In this document: positions 9,427 through 20,159 of the stretch, piece by piece
Layout: each line of letters begins with the position of its first letter
Position numbering within the stretch: the first letter of the stretch is position 1
Assembly: GCF_013315695.1 (NCBI RefSeq)
Contig: NZ_CP054353.1
Source: Escherichia coli
GTDB lineage: Bacteria; Pseudomonadota; Gammaproteobacteria; Enterobacterales; Enterobacteriaceae
Length of the DNA: 64,000 nucleotides
Direction: 5' to 3' (one strand)
Program-made: the position numbers and the translations under genes
Notes under the pieces: model-generated
What the model was told of the DNA's origin: nothing
The model's database searches: none
What the model saw: only the letters and a program-made list of their open reading frames with translations

Positions 9427-11283
9427 TTAACGCACGTTGGCGCAGGTCAGGCAAAACGCATAACGGTTTTGTGGGTCGTTAAACGCGGCCAGCTTGTCGC
9501 TTTCACTTTTAACGGTAGAGGCTACCGAGGCCAGCGGTGCAGGTAACATGGCCTGGAACGCATCTGGCAACATTGCCCGGACAGAACCAGACATGTTGTC
9601 CATCACTTTGTCGAAGAAGGTCGGTTCATCAACGTAGTATTCCAGATGCCACTGTTTCACTTTTGCCAGCTCTGCTGCTTTGGCGACCGCATCATCGAAA
9701 TCCCCGAGACTATCGACCAGCCCGTTAGCTTTTGCATCCTGACCGGTCCAGACGTGGCCCTGGGCGATTTTATCAATCTGCTCCGGCGTTGAATGACGCG
9801 CATCAGCAACCAGCGTGATAAAGCGTTTATAGCCATTCTCAATGCTTAACTGCATCATCTGCTGCGCTTCCGGCGGCAGTGCCCTGGTGATAGAAACATC
9901 CGCCAGCGGTGAAGTTGAGACACCATCAGTATGAACACCAATCGAATCCAGACTATTTTCTACGGTGGTGATCACGCCGAAGATACCGATAGAACCGGTC
10001 AGGGTGCTGGGGTTAGCCACAATGTAATTAGCTGGCGTGGAAATCCAGTAACCACCAGATGCCGCCATGCCGCCCATCGATACAACCACAGGCTTACCCG
10101 CTGCCCGGGCTGCTGCCAGTTCAGCGCGAATCACTTCAGACGCGGTAACGCTGCCGCCTGGGCTATTAACACGCAGGACAATCGCTTTCACTTTCGGGTC
10201 AAGGCGAGCGTCGCGGATTTGTGCCGCAGTGGTATCACCGCCAACATTCCCCTGAGTTTCCTCGCCATCCATAATTGCGCCATTAGCGAAGACGACTCCG
10301 ATGCTGTCACCGGTATCTGCCGGCGTTTTCAATGCGTAATCGTAATAACTGATGGCGCGATAATTTTTATCAGTCTTGCTCCAGCCGAACTCTTTGGTCA
10401 GAGTTTTTTCGATTTCGGCACTCGATGCCAGTGCATCGACCAGCTTGTTTTCCAGCGCATATTTCGCGGTATCGCCACCGGTTTTGGTTAAACCCTCAAG
10501 CAACCCTTGCGCGCCAGGGAATACCTGCTGAGCAGGGATCTGCCGGTTAGCGGCAACAGTATTCAGATAGTTTTGCCACAGCTCACCAATCCAGCGGCTG
10601 TCAGCTTCGCGGGCTGCCGGCGACATATCATCACGAATAAACGGTTCAACGGCAGATTTATACGTACCCACGCGGAACACATGGGTGGAAACTTTCAGCT
10701 TATCCAGCAACGATTTGTAGTACAGACCGTTGGTGGCAAAGCCGTGCAGATCCACCACGCCTTGCGGTGACAGCCAAATTTTATTGGCGAAACTGGCGAG
10801 ATAATATTGCCCCTGGCTGTAGTTCTCGCCAACGGCATAAACCGGTTTCCCGCTGTCACGAAACTCTTTCAGAGCTTTGCCGATGTACTGCATAGACGGC
10901 TGGTCGCCGCCTGCGAAGTTTTTCAGATCCATCACAATACCGGTGATATTGCGGTCGTCCTTCGCCTGGCGAATGGTGTTGACGATATCAAACAGTGAGT
11001 TTTCCTGCAGACGATCGGAACTGGCACCAAGCAGCTGGCGGCTTAATTTACTAAACCGCTGAGAACTGTCGGGTTTATCGACGATCACACCAGAAATGTC
11101 CAGCAGCAGTGCGCCACGACTGGCCGTTTCTTTCGAATCACCACCACTGACCTGCATCCAGATCCCCACACCAACCAGCACGAGAAAAATAAAGAACAGG
11201 TTAAGTACCATTTCACGGACGAAATTCAGCAGACGCCACGTCCATTTAAAAAATCCGGCAATAAATCGCCAAAGGGTTCGCAT
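9427..11283 (-). CDS. sppA: signal peptide peptidase A (protease IV)
   Basis: ORF trimmed to MRTLWRF (618 aa); N-terminal membrane anchor and tandem S49 peptidase domains. Confidence 0.93.
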
Positions 11284-11443
11284 GTATTCTCCCAACTTAA
11301 GGTCACACCTGTCTCAGGCGCAATAGATGTGGTTATCGTAATGACCCAACCGGCACTTGTCAGCAGGAATTGCGGACTGGGCTGTAACAAAATCCACTCT
11401 CGTGTTAATTTTGTGAATAAATATCATGACAGGAGTTAATCAA

Positions 11444-11995
11444 ATGGATGCACTCGAACTATTGATCAATCGCCGTAGCGCCTCCCGCCTGGCTGAACCC
11501 GCGCCAACGGGTGAACAACTGCAAAACATCCTGCGTGCGGCTATGCGTGCGCCGGACCATAAGTCCATGCAACCGTGGCATTTCTTTGTGATTGAAGGGG
11601 AAGGGCGCGAGCGTTTCAGCGCTGTACTGGAGCAGGGGGCGATTGCTGCCGGTAGTGATAACAAAGCCATCGACAAAGCGCGTAATGCGCCGTTCCGCGC
11701 ACCGCTCATCATAACGGTGGTGGCGAAATGCGAAGAAAATCATAAAGTCCCTCGCTGGGAACAGGAAATGTCTGCGGGATGCGCGGTCATGGCGATGCAA
11801 ATGGCAGCAGTTGCCCAGGGGTTTGGCGGCATCTGGCGCAGTGGTGCATTAACTGAAAGTCCGGTAGTGCGTGAAGCATTCGGTTGCCGTGAACAGGATA
11901 AAATTGTCGGTTTTCTCTACCTCGGTACGCCGCAGTTGAAAGCATCTACGTCGATAAACGTCCCGGACCCGACGCCGTTTGTGACTTATTTCTGA
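11444..11995 (+). CDS. ydjA: nitroreductase-family NAD(P)H-flavin oxidoreductase
   Basis: ORF trimmed to [12 protein letters not shown] (183 aa); nitroreductase fold signature. Confidence 0.9.
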   Translation: MDALELLINRRSASRLAEPAPTGEQLQNILRAAMRAPDHKSMQPWHFFVIEGEGRERFSAVLEQGAIAAGSDNKAIDKARNAPFRAPLIITVVAKCEENHKVPRWEQEMSAGCAVMAMQMAAVAQGFGGIWRSGALTESPVVREAFGCREQDKIVGFLYLGTPQLKASTSINVPDPTPFVTYF

Positions 11996-12111
11996 TAATT
12001 GTCGCGAAACTGTCTGGATTGTGAGCAAAGGCGCAGGAATTCAGACACTCTCACTTATCACTTCATGGAATGAGGGTTACCATACCCGGATTGCATTGAC
12101 AGGAGATGTCC

Positions 12112-13155
12112 ATGAGCGAGAACTCGATTCGTTTGACCCAATACAGCCACGGCGCTGGTTGCGGCTGTAAAATTTCCCCAAAAGTGTTGGAAACCATCCT
12201 GCACAGTGAGCAGGCGAAGTTTGTTGATCCGAATTTGCTTGTGGGTAATGAAACCCGCGACGATGCGGCGGTATACGATCTGGGCAATGGCACCAGCGTT
12301 ATCAGTACCACCGACTTCTTTATGCCGATCGTTGATAATCCTTTCGATTTTGGCCGCATTGCGGCGACTAACGCCATCAGCGATATCTTCGCAATGGGCG
12401 GCAAACCGATTATGGCGATTGCGATCCTCGGCTGGCCGATTAACAAACTTTCCCCGGAAATTGCCCGCGAAGTGACCGAAGGTGGACGCTATGCATGCCG
12501 TCAGGCGGGTATTGCGCTGGCTGGCGGTCACTCCATCGATGCGCCGGAGCCGATTTTTGGTCTGGCGGTAACGGGGATCGTACCGACCGAGCGGGTGAAG
12601 AAAAACAGTACCGCACAAGCCGGATGCAAACTGTTCCTGACGAAACCGCTGGGGATTGGCGTTCTTACCACGGCTGAGAAAAAATCACTGCTTAAACCAG
12701 AACATCAGGGACTGGCGACGGAAGTGATGTGCCGGATGAACATCGCAGGCGCGTCCTTTGCCAACATCGAAGGCGTAAAAGCGATGACCGACGTTACGGG
12801 TTTTGGTTTGCTGGGGCATTTAAGCGAAATGTGTCAGGGCGCAGGTGTGCAGGCGCGCGTCGACTATGACGCGATCCCGAAATTGCCTGGGGTTGAAGAG
12901 TACATTAAGTTGGGCGCAGTGCCTGGCGGCACCGAACGTAACTTTGCCAGCTACGGTCATCTGATGGGTGAAATGCCGCGTGAAGTGCGCGATCTGCTGT
13001 GCGATCCGCAAACTTCTGGCGGTTTGCTGCTGGCGGTCATGCCGGAAGCAGAAAATGAGGTCAAAGCTACAGCCGCCGAGTTTGGCATTGAACTGACGGC
13101 GATTGGCGAACTGGTGCCAGCGCGCGGCGGTCGTGCCATGGTTGAGATCCGTTAA
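12112..13155 (+). CDS. selD: selenide, water dikinase (selenophosphate synthetase)
   Basis: 347-aa ORF beginning [23 protein letters not shown] with the catalytic Cys17 motif. Confidence 0.95.
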
Positions 13156-13159
13156 TTCA

Positions 13160-15115
13160 ATGCGGTTGTTTATTGCCGAAAAACCGAGTCTGGCGCGCGC
13201 CATTGCTGATGTCCTGCCTAAACCGCACCGGAAAGGCGATGGCTTTATCGAGTGCGGTAATGGTCAGGTGGTGACCTGGTGTATCGGTCACCTGCTTGAG
13301 CAGGCGCAGCCAGACGCTTACGACAGCCGCTATGCGCGCTGGAATCTTGCGGATTTGCCAATTGTCCCGGAAAAGTGGCAATTACAGCCCCGACCCTCCG
13401 TGACTAAACAACTTAATGTCATCAAACGCTTCCTGCATGAAGCCAGCGAAATCGTTCACGCCGGAGACCCGGATCGCGAAGGGCAACTGCTGGTGGATGA
13501 AGTGCTGGACTACCTGCAACTGGCACCGGAAAAGCGCCAGCAGGTACAGCGTTGTTTGATAAACGACCTGAACCCGCAGGCGGTTGAGCGGGCGATCGAT
13601 CGTCTTCGCTCCAATAGCGAGTTTGTACCGCTGTGCGTTTCTGCACTGGCGCGAGCCCGAGCTGACTGGCTGTACGGCATCAATATGACCCGCGCTTACA
13701 CCATTCTCGGTCGCAATGCCGGTTATCAGGGCGTACTTTCCGTGGGACGCGTGCAGACGCCCGTACTCGGACTGGTGGTGCGCCGCGACGAAGAGATTGA
13801 AAACTTCGTGGCGAAAGACTTCTTTGAAGTCAAAGCACATATCGTGACACCTGCCGATGAGCGGTTTACCGCTATCTGGCAACCAAGCGAAGCGTGTGAA
13901 CCATACCAGGACGAAGAAGGGCGCTTGCTGCATCGTCCACTGGCGGAGCATGTGGTTAACCGCATCAGTGGTCAACCGGCTATTGTCACCAGCTATAACG
14001 ATAAACGGGAATCAGAATCCGCGCCGCTGCCTTTTTCGCTTTCGGCGTTGCAGATTGAAGCGGCAAAACGCTTTGGTCTGAGCGCGCAGAACGTGCTTGA
14101 TATCTGCCAGAAGCTGTACGAAACGCACAAGCTAATCACTTATCCGCGTTCCGATTGTCGCTATCTGCCAGAAGAGCATTTTGCCGGACGCCACGCAGTG
14201 ATGAATGCCATCAGCGTTCATGCACCGGGCTTGTTACCGCAGCCAGTGGTCGATCCAGATATACGCAACCGCTGTTGGGATGACAAAAAGGTCGATGCGC
14301 ACCACGCCATCATTCCGACCGCACGGAGTTCTGCGATTAACCTGACGGAGAACGAAGCGAAGGTCTATAACCTGATTGCCCGTCAGTACTTGATGCAGTT
14401 CTGCCCGGATGCGGTGTTCCGCAAGTGTGTTATCGAACTGGACATTGCCAAAGGCAAATTTGTCGCTAAAGCCCGTTTTCTTGCTGAAGCAGGCTGGCGC
14501 ACGCTGTTAGGCAGCAAAGAGCGCGATGAAGAAAACGACGGCATGCCGCTGCCTGTGGTGGCGAAAGGCGATGAATTGTTGTGCGAAAAAGGTGAAGTGG
14601 TAGAGCGGCAAACCCAGCCGCCGCGCCATTTTACCGATGCAACACTGCTTTCGGCGATGACCGGGATCGCACGCTTTGTGCAGGACAAAGATCTGAAAAA
14701 GATCCTTCGTGCGACCGATGGTCTGGGGACAGAAGCAACCCGTGCCGGGATTATTGAACTGTTGTTCAAGCGTGGTTTCCTGACCAAAAAAGGGCGCTAT
14801 ATCCACTCCACCGACGCCGGAAAAGCGCTATTCCATTCGCTGCCAGAAATGGCGACGCGACCGGACATGACCGCGCACTGGGAATCGGTGCTGACGCAAA
14901 TCAGTGAAAAGCAGTGTCGCTATCAGGACTTTATGCAGCCGCTGGTGGGGACATTGTACCAGTTGATTGATCAGGCAAAGCGCACGTCGGTAAGGCAGTT
15001 TCGGGGAATAATGGCTCCCGGCGGTGGAGAAGGGAAGAAAAAGGATTCGCCACGCAAGAGAGCGCCGAAAAAAAGCCCGCCATCAGAAGAGGCGGGCAAT
15101 GGAGTGATAATATAA
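13160..15115 (+). CDS. topB: DNA topoisomerase III
   Basis: ORF trimmed to [16 protein letters not shown] (TOPRIM start); type IA topoisomerase domains; lysine-rich C-terminus. Confidence 0.92.
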   Translation: MRLFIAEKPSLARAIADVLPKPHRKGDGFIECGNGQVVTWCIGHLLEQAQPDAYDSRYARWNLADLPIVPEKWQLQPRPSVTKQLNVIKRFLHEASEIVHAGDPDREGQLLVDEVLDYLQLAPEKRQQVQRCLINDLNPQAVERAIDRLRSNSEFVPLCVSALARARADWLYGINMTRAYTILGRNAGYQGVLSVGRVQTPVLGLVVRRDEEIENFVAKDFFEVKAHIVTPADERFTAIWQPSEACEPYQDEEGRLLHRPLAEHVVNRISGQPAIVTSYNDKRESESAPLPFSLSALQIEAAKRFGLSAQNVLDICQKLYETHKLITYPRSDCRYLPEEHFAGRHAVMNAISVHAPGLLPQPVVDPDIRNRCWDDKKVDAHHAIIPTARSSAINLTENEAKVYNLIARQYLMQFCPDAVFRKCVIELDIAKGKFVAKARFLAEAGWRTLLGSKERDEENDGMPLPVVAKGDELLCEKGEVVERQTQPPRHFTDATLLSAMTGIARFVQDKDLKKILRATDGLGTEATRAGIIELLFKRGFLTKKGRYIHSTDAGKALFHSLPEMATRPDMTAHWESVLTQISEKQCRYQDFMQPLVGTLYQLIDQAKRTSVRQFRGIMAPGGGEGKKKDSPRKRAPKKSPPSEEAGNGVII

Positions 15116-15152
15116 AGGTTCTTTCAACCATCTGATACTGAAGATTTTTATG

Positions 15153-15182
15153 GCCGGATAAGGCGTTTGCGCTGTATCCGGC
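15153..15182. repeat. REP (repetitive extragenic palindrome) element
   Basis: GCCGGATAAGGCG...TATCCGGC palindrome in the 76-bp spacer between convergent topB and gdhA. Confidence 0.6.
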
Positions 15183-15191
15183 ACAATTGTC

Positions 15192-16535
15192 TTAAATCAC
15201 GCCCTGGCTTAACATCGCATCCGCAACCTTCACAAAACCGGCAATGTTCGCGCCCTGCACGTAGTTGGTTTGATCACCTTCACCACCATGCTCAACACAG
15301 GCATGGTGGATATCCAGCATGATGTGATGCAAACGTGCGTCAACTTTCTCGGCTTTCCAGCCCAGGCGCGCAGCGTTTTGCGCCATTTCCAGGCCCGATG
15401 TTGCTACACCGCCAGCATTAGCCGCTTTACCCGGTGCAAACAGTACGCCTGCCTGCTGGAACAGTTCAGTCGCTTCGATGGTGGTCGGCATATTTGCCCC
15501 TTCGGCGACGGCTTTAACGCCATTGGCGATAAGCTGATGCGCGGCGTCAACATCCAGTTCGTTCTGGGTGGCGCAAGGCAGGGCGATATCAACCGGTACA
15601 GACCACGGCTGTTGGCCTTCGAGATAGACCAGACCAAATTCTTTGGCGTAATCTGCCACTCGACCATCGCGGCTGGCTTTGATTTCGATAAGACGTGCCA
15701 GTTTCTCTTTCGTGAATCCGCTTTCATCAACTACAGTGCCACTGGAGTCTGACGCAGTGATCACTCGAGCACCAAATTCCATCGCTTTTTCGATAGCGTA
15801 CTGGGCGACGTTGCCGGAGCCAGAAACGGAAACGCGCATTCCTTCAAAACCCATACCGTGGCGTTTTAGCATTGCTTCTGTGAAATAAACCAGACCGTAT
15901 CCGGTAGCTTCCGGGCGAATAAGACTGCCGCCAAATGAAAGGCCCTTACCGGTGAAGACGCAGGCGGTATTGTTGGAGAGCTTTTTCATCATCCCCGCCA
16001 TAAAGCCGACTTCACGACCACCAACCCCGATATCACCTGCCGGAACGTCAGTATCCGCGCCCAGGTGGCGATACAGTTCAGTCATCAGCGCCTGGCAAAA
16101 ACGCATCACTTCACCTTCGCTTTTTCCTTTCGGATCGAAATCGCTGCCGCCTTTACCACCGCCCATCGGCAGAGTAGTCAGGGCATTTTTGAAGGTTTGT
16201 TCGAAGCCGAGGAATTTGAGAATGGAAAGGTTAACTGACGGATGGAAGCGCATACCGCCTTTGTACGGGCCGATGGCAGAGCTGAACTGCACACGCCATG
16301 CACGGTTGACCTGTACCTGGTTGCGATCATCAACCCATACCACGCGAAACTGGATCACGCGCTCCGGTTCAACCAGACGCTCCAGTAATGACATCTGGCG
16401 ATATTTTGGATTTTGTTCAAGAAAAGGCCAGAGTGTGGTCATTACTTCACGAACGGCTTGCGCGAACTCGGTTTGATTCGGGTCGCGCTTTTGGACATGG
16501 TTGAGGAATGACTCCAGAGAATATGTCTGATCCAT
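15192..16535 (-). CDS. gdhA: NADP-specific glutamate dehydrogenase
   Basis: 447-aa ORF with Glu/Leu/Phe/Val dehydrogenase motif (GGGKGG) and Rossmann fold. Confidence 0.95.
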   Translation of the reverse strand: MDQTYSLESFLNHVQKRDPNQTEFAQAVREVMTTLWPFLEQNPKYRQMSLLERLVEPERVIQFRVVWVDDRNQVQVNRAWRVQFSSAIGPYKGGMRFHPSVNLSILKFLGFEQTFKNALTTLPMGGGKGGSDFDPKGKSEGEVMRFCQALMTELYRHLGADTDVPAGDIGVGGREVGFMAGMMKKLSNNTACVFTGKGLSFGGSLIRPEATGYGLVYFTEAMLKRHGMGFEGMRVSVSGSGNVAQYAIEKAMEFGARVITASDSSGTVVDESGFTKEKLARLIEIKASRDGRVADYAKEFGLVYLEGQQPWSVPVDIALPCATQNELDVDAAHQLIANGVKAVAEGANMPTTIEATELFQQAGVLFAPGKAANAGGVATSGLEMAQNAARLGWKAEKVDARLHHIMLDIHHACVEHGGEGDQTNYVQGANIAGFVKVADAMLSQGVI

Positions 16536-16770
16536 AGATATAAAACCCTTATATATTAATACGATTGTGCTTATGTTGTTTATGTCATGTGCTTTTGCAG
16601 TTTTCGACTATACCATCAAGAATGTGACGGTAAGCAAGAAAAAAATGACCCAGGAAAGCAAATTAATAACGAGAGTAATCTCATAACCAAATGCGATAAC
16701 TCAGACGCTAAAGTTATGCCGCCCGGCTACCGTTATTAGTAGCAGAGACAATAACGTTAAGGAGTTCCCT

Positions 16771-17043
16771 GTGAGTCGAGCATTGTTCGCCGTAGTATTA
16801 GCATTTCCATTAATTGCACTGGCTAACCCGCATTATCATCCGGACGTGGAGGTAAACGTACCGCCAGAAGTGTTCAGTTCAGGCGGGCAGTCAGCGCAGC
16901 CTTGTACTCAGTGCTGCGTTTATCAGGATAAAAATTATTCTGAAGGAGCGGTAATTAAAGCCGAGGGAATACTGCTGCAATGCCAGCGTGATGACAAAAC
17001 CCTTAGCACTAATCCGCTGGTCTGGCGGCGCGTAAAGCCATAA
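16771..17043 (+). CDS. ynjH: small secreted protein of unknown function (DUF1496 family)
   Basis: 90-aa ORF, apparent GTG start, N-terminal signal peptide; position next to gdhA matches E. coli ynjH. Confidence 0.75.
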   Translation: MSRALFAVVLAFPLIALANPHYHPDVEVNVPPEVFSSGGQSAQPCTQCCVYQDKNYSEGAVIKAEGILLQCQRDDKTLSTNPLVWRRVKP

Positions 17044-17416
17044 ACGCCTCTAATAGTGGAATGTCAGCAGGGGCCAGCGGATATTGCAGCGCCTCTTCAG
17101 GTGAGCACCAGACCAGCGCCTGATGTTCATGTGCCTGTAACGTCCCGTGGAAGTCGGGTACGTGCCAGGCATGAAGATGGATAATCCGCCCCGAAACTTC
17201 TCGCTGATGGCTGGCAACATATTCACCCACAGCTGCTTCGATGCCCAGTTCTTCGCGTAACTCACGCACCAGCGCCTGCCGCTGGCTTTCATCCGGCTCG
17301 ACTTTACCACCGGCAAACTCCCATAATCCCGCCTGATCGCTATGGGTGGGGCGTTGCGCGAGTAAAATTTTGCCATCACGTTCGATGATGGCGGCAACAA
17401 CTTCAATCATTTTCAT
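17009..17416 (-). CDS. nudG: Nudix hydrolase (CTP/dCTP pyrophosphohydrolase)
   Basis: 135-aa ORF with Nudix box (GGKVEPDESQRQALVRELREELGI). Confidence 0.9.
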   Translation of the reverse strand: MKMIEVVAAIIERDGKILLAQRPTHSDQAGLWEFAGGKVEPDESQRQALVRELREELGIEAAVGEYVASHQREVSGRIIHLHAWHVPDFHGTLQAHEHQALVWCSPEEALQYPLAPADIPLLEAFMALRAARPAD

Positions 17417-17502
17417 AAATTACACACGGGCAGATAAGCGAAAAATGCCATAATATCCGCACTGTTGCTCAATCAGAAAGGCTTTATATTTAAGGAGTGC
17501 CT

Positions 17503-18123
17503 GTGCTAGACCGCCATCTTCATCCCCGGATTAAACCGTTGTTGCATCAGTGCGTGCGGGTTCTTGATAAACCGGGCATTACGCCAGATGGTTTAACATT
17601 AGTGGGATTTGCCATCGGCGTGCTGGCACTGCCTTTTCTGGCGCTGGGCTGGTATCTGGCGGCGCTAGTCGCCATTTTGTTGAACAGGCTGCTTGATGGT
17701 CTGGATGGCGCACTGGCGCGGCGCAGAGGGCTTACCGACGCGGGCGGCTTTCTCGATATTTCTCTCGATTTTCTCTTTTACGCGCTGGTGCCGTTTGGTT
17801 TTATTCTTGCTGCACCGGAGCAAAATGCGCTGGCAGGCGGCTGGCTGCTGTTTGCGTTTATCGGCACGGGCAGCAGTTTTCTCGCTTTTGCTGCGCTGGC
17901 GGCGAAACATCAGATTGATAATCCTGGTTATGCGCATAAATCGTTTTATTATCTGGGCGGGTTAACCGAAGGCAGCGAGACGATTTTGCTGTTTGTTCTG
18001 AGTTGCCTCTTTCCGGCCTGTTTTCCGTGGTTTGCGTGGGTATTTGGTGCGTTGTGCTGGATGACGACCTTTACGCGGGTGTGGAGTGGGTATCTGACGC
18101 TGAAGTCGCTCCAGCGTCAGTAA
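17503..18123 (+). CDS. ynjF: CDP-alcohol phosphatidyltransferase-family membrane protein
   Basis: ORF 17497..18123 trimmed to a GTG start with a TAAGGAG Shine-Dalgarno 6 nt upstream; D-G-x-x-A-R...G motif region (DGLDGALARRRG). Confidence 0.8.
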   Translation: MLDRHLHPRIKPLLHQCVRVLDKPGITPDGLTLVGFAIGVLALPFLALGWYLAALVAILLNRLLDGLDGALARRRGLTDAGGFLDISLDFLFYALVPFGFILAAPEQNALAGGWLLFAFIGTGSSFLAFAALAAKHQIDNPGYAHKSFYYLGGLTEGSETILLFVLSCLFPACFPWFAWVFGALCWMTTFTRVWSGYLTLKSLQRQ

Positions 18124-18131
18124 TTGCAATG

Positions 18132-19439
18132 TTATTTGCTGCTGTCCGGGCCGCGTTCACCGGTTGCTACCGGATTTTTTGGATCGCTGCTCCATTCGTA
18201 CCAGCCGCCGTCGTAAACGGAGACGTTATTCCAGCCCATTGCGCGTGCGTACATAAAGGTTTCGGACGCGCGCCAGCCGGTGCCGCAGTAGAATGAAACT
18301 TGCTGATCTGGTCTGATATTCCATGCTTTCCACATAGCCGTAATATCATCGGCGCTGCGCATGGTGCCATCCGGGTTATGGAAATCTTCCATATGCGTCG
18401 AGTCGCTACCAGCGTGTCCCCAACGTGCTCCGGCTATTTCACCTTTTGGTTTAATATAGCTGTAACCACTGGTCGTACCGATAAACTCCGGCCACGAACG
18501 AATACTCACCAGCGAGGCGTCCTGGCGATGCAGCAGTCCACGCGCCTGTTCCATATTCAGCATCAGTTGCGGTTGCGCCGGGATCTTCACGCCGAAATCC
18601 GGTTCCGCTTTCACTTTCGGTGGCGTTCCGCGCTCAACAGGCAGTCCCGCGTCGGACCAGGTTTGCCAGCCGCCATCCATCAGGCGCACATCTTTCACGC
18701 CAGCGTAGAGCATAATCTGCGCCACACGCGCTGCAGCGTATACGTCACGCCCGTACAGAATGACCGTGGTGTCATGGCGAATGCCGTGTTTTGCCAGCAT
18801 CGCTTTTAGTTGTTCATCAGAAACTTTGTTCCACAGCGGTTCGCTTTCAACTTCGTTGGTGTCGATGTAGTCAGCGCCGGGAATATGGCTGATAAGGTAA
18901 AGCTTAGGAGCGCCCCAGGCCGCTTCAATGACTTTCCAGTCACCGGCAGGTTTCGCCGTAACCTCTTTACCTTGTTGCAGGTCATGCAGCCATTGCGGAT
19001 AAACCAGCTGCTCAAAGTGCGGCAGTTTTTGCAGACGGGAAGGTTCGCTTAGCGCGTCACTCAGGATGGAGATATGCGTAAAACCTGCTTTTTGCAGACG
19101 CGTTTTGACGGCATCGACATCTTTGTCATTTCCGTACAGCGCCACCGGAGCATCGGTTTTCAGGTTATGTTGCTTGATCCACGCGTTGAGCTGTTCGGTG
19201 CTCATTTTGTCGAGCCAGCTGGCAGAGAGGTTTAAGGCGGCAGGTTCATGACCAGAAGGGCCATTTAAGGTTTGTGGCCAGCCGTTATAAAACGCGCTGG
19301 GGCGAGTATCTATCGCTTTGCCATTTTGTTGCTGAAGCTGGTCAAGTGTAAGAGGCTTCGCCAGTTCAGCGGCCCACGAAGAAGCGCAAGCCAGCCCTAA
19401 AGCCATTGCCAGCGCGGTCATTTGAGAAACACGTTTCAT
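18132..19439 (-). CDS. ynjE: periplasmic three-domain rhodanese (thiosulfate sulfurtransferase)
   Basis: ORF trimmed to MKRVSQMTALA (435 aa) with signal peptide; rhodanese active-site CGTGWR loop. Confidence 0.88.
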   Translation of the reverse strand: MKRVSQMTALAMALGLACASSWAAELAKPLTLDQLQQQNGKAIDTRPSAFYNGWPQTLNGPSGHEPAALNLSASWLDKMSTEQLNAWIKQHNLKTDAPVALYGNDKDVDAVKTRLQKAGFTHISILSDALSEPSRLQKLPHFEQLVYPQWLHDLQQGKEVTAKPAGDWKVIEAAWGAPKLYLISHIPGADYIDTNEVESEPLWNKVSDEQLKAMLAKHGIRHDTTVILYGRDVYAAARVAQIMLYAGVKDVRLMDGGWQTWSDAGLPVERGTPPKVKAEPDFGVKIPAQPQLMLNMEQARGLLHRQDASLVSIRSWPEFIGTTSGYSYIKPKGEIAGARWGHAGSDSTHMEDFHNPDGTMRSADDITAMWKAWNIRPDQQVSFYCGTGWRASETFMYARAMGWNNVSVYDGGWYEWSSDPKNPVATGERGPDSSK

Positions 19440-19505
19440 CGAAAATCCCGACATTGTAGTTTTGAGTGCGCCATTCTGAACTGACGCATTGAGAAAAACT
19501 TTGCG

Positions 19506-20159
19506 TTATCGCAGTTTGTTGTAATTTTCTGACCACTGCGCCATATCCAGAACAGAACTATCAGCAGGAACATCCTGGAGATCGTGCGTTACCTGAACGA
19601 CGGGGATCGCCAGGGCGCGAACTTCGCTGAACACCCACTGGCGAAAATTATCGCGCAGAGCCACATCAAGACGGCTGAATGGCTCATCCAGTAGCAACGC
19701 TTTTGGCTGAGCGAGAAGGGCGCGTAGCAGAGCAACGCGCGCTCGCTGACCGCCAGACAAAGTGGCAGGATCCTGATGGAAAGCTCCGTCAAGGCCTGAA
19801 CGCTCAAGTGCATCATTCACGGCATTACGTCGGGCATTCCCCTTAAGTGTCGCCGGTAGCGCCAGCAGTAAATTTTGCCCGACGCTGAACTGATCAAATA
19901 ACAGTGCATCCTGGAAAAGAATGCCAATCTGACGCTGTGCGGTGGGTAGCATGTCAATCCGTTGCTCATTAAGCCATAGCTCCCCTGTACAAGAAAACTG
20001 TCCGGCCAGCGCACCAATCATCCATGAAAACAGAGTGGATTTTCCACAGCCAGACGGCCCCATTAACGTGACAATGTCACCTTTATCCACCGTAAAGTTA
20101 ACGTTTGTCAGCAAGCGGCTTTCTGGTAAACGTAGCGAAACATCTTTCACGCAGAGCAT
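19506..20159 (-). CDS. ynjD: ABC transporter ATP-binding protein
   Basis: ORF trimmed to MLCVKDVSLRL (217 aa); Walker A GPSGCGKST, ABC signature LSGGQRARV, Walker B LLLDEP; start overlaps the ynjC stop (TAATG). Confidence 0.85.
   Translation of the reverse strand: MLCVKDVSLRLPESRLLTNVNFTVDKGDIVTLMGPSGCGKSTLFSWMIGALAGQFSCTGELWLNEQRIDMLPTAQRQIGILFQDALLFDQFSVGQNLLLALPATLKGNARRNAVNDALERSGLDGAFHQDPATLSGGQRARVALLRALLAQPKALLLDEPFSRLDVALRDNFRQWVFSEVRALAIPVVQVTHDLQDVPADSSVLDMAQWSENYNKLR

Noticed and set aside
12058-12618. 186-aa minus-strand ORF antisense to selD
   Set aside because: Lies fully inside selD on the opposite strand and reads as Arg-rich shadow-ORF composition.
13382-13975. 197-aa minus-strand ORF antisense to topB
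   Set aside because: Shadow ORF inside a conserved essential-type gene with no independent signals.
15952-16476. 174-aa plus-strand ORF antisense to gdhA
   Set aside because: Ser/Pro/Arg-rich translation typical of the reverse frame of a highly expressed gene.
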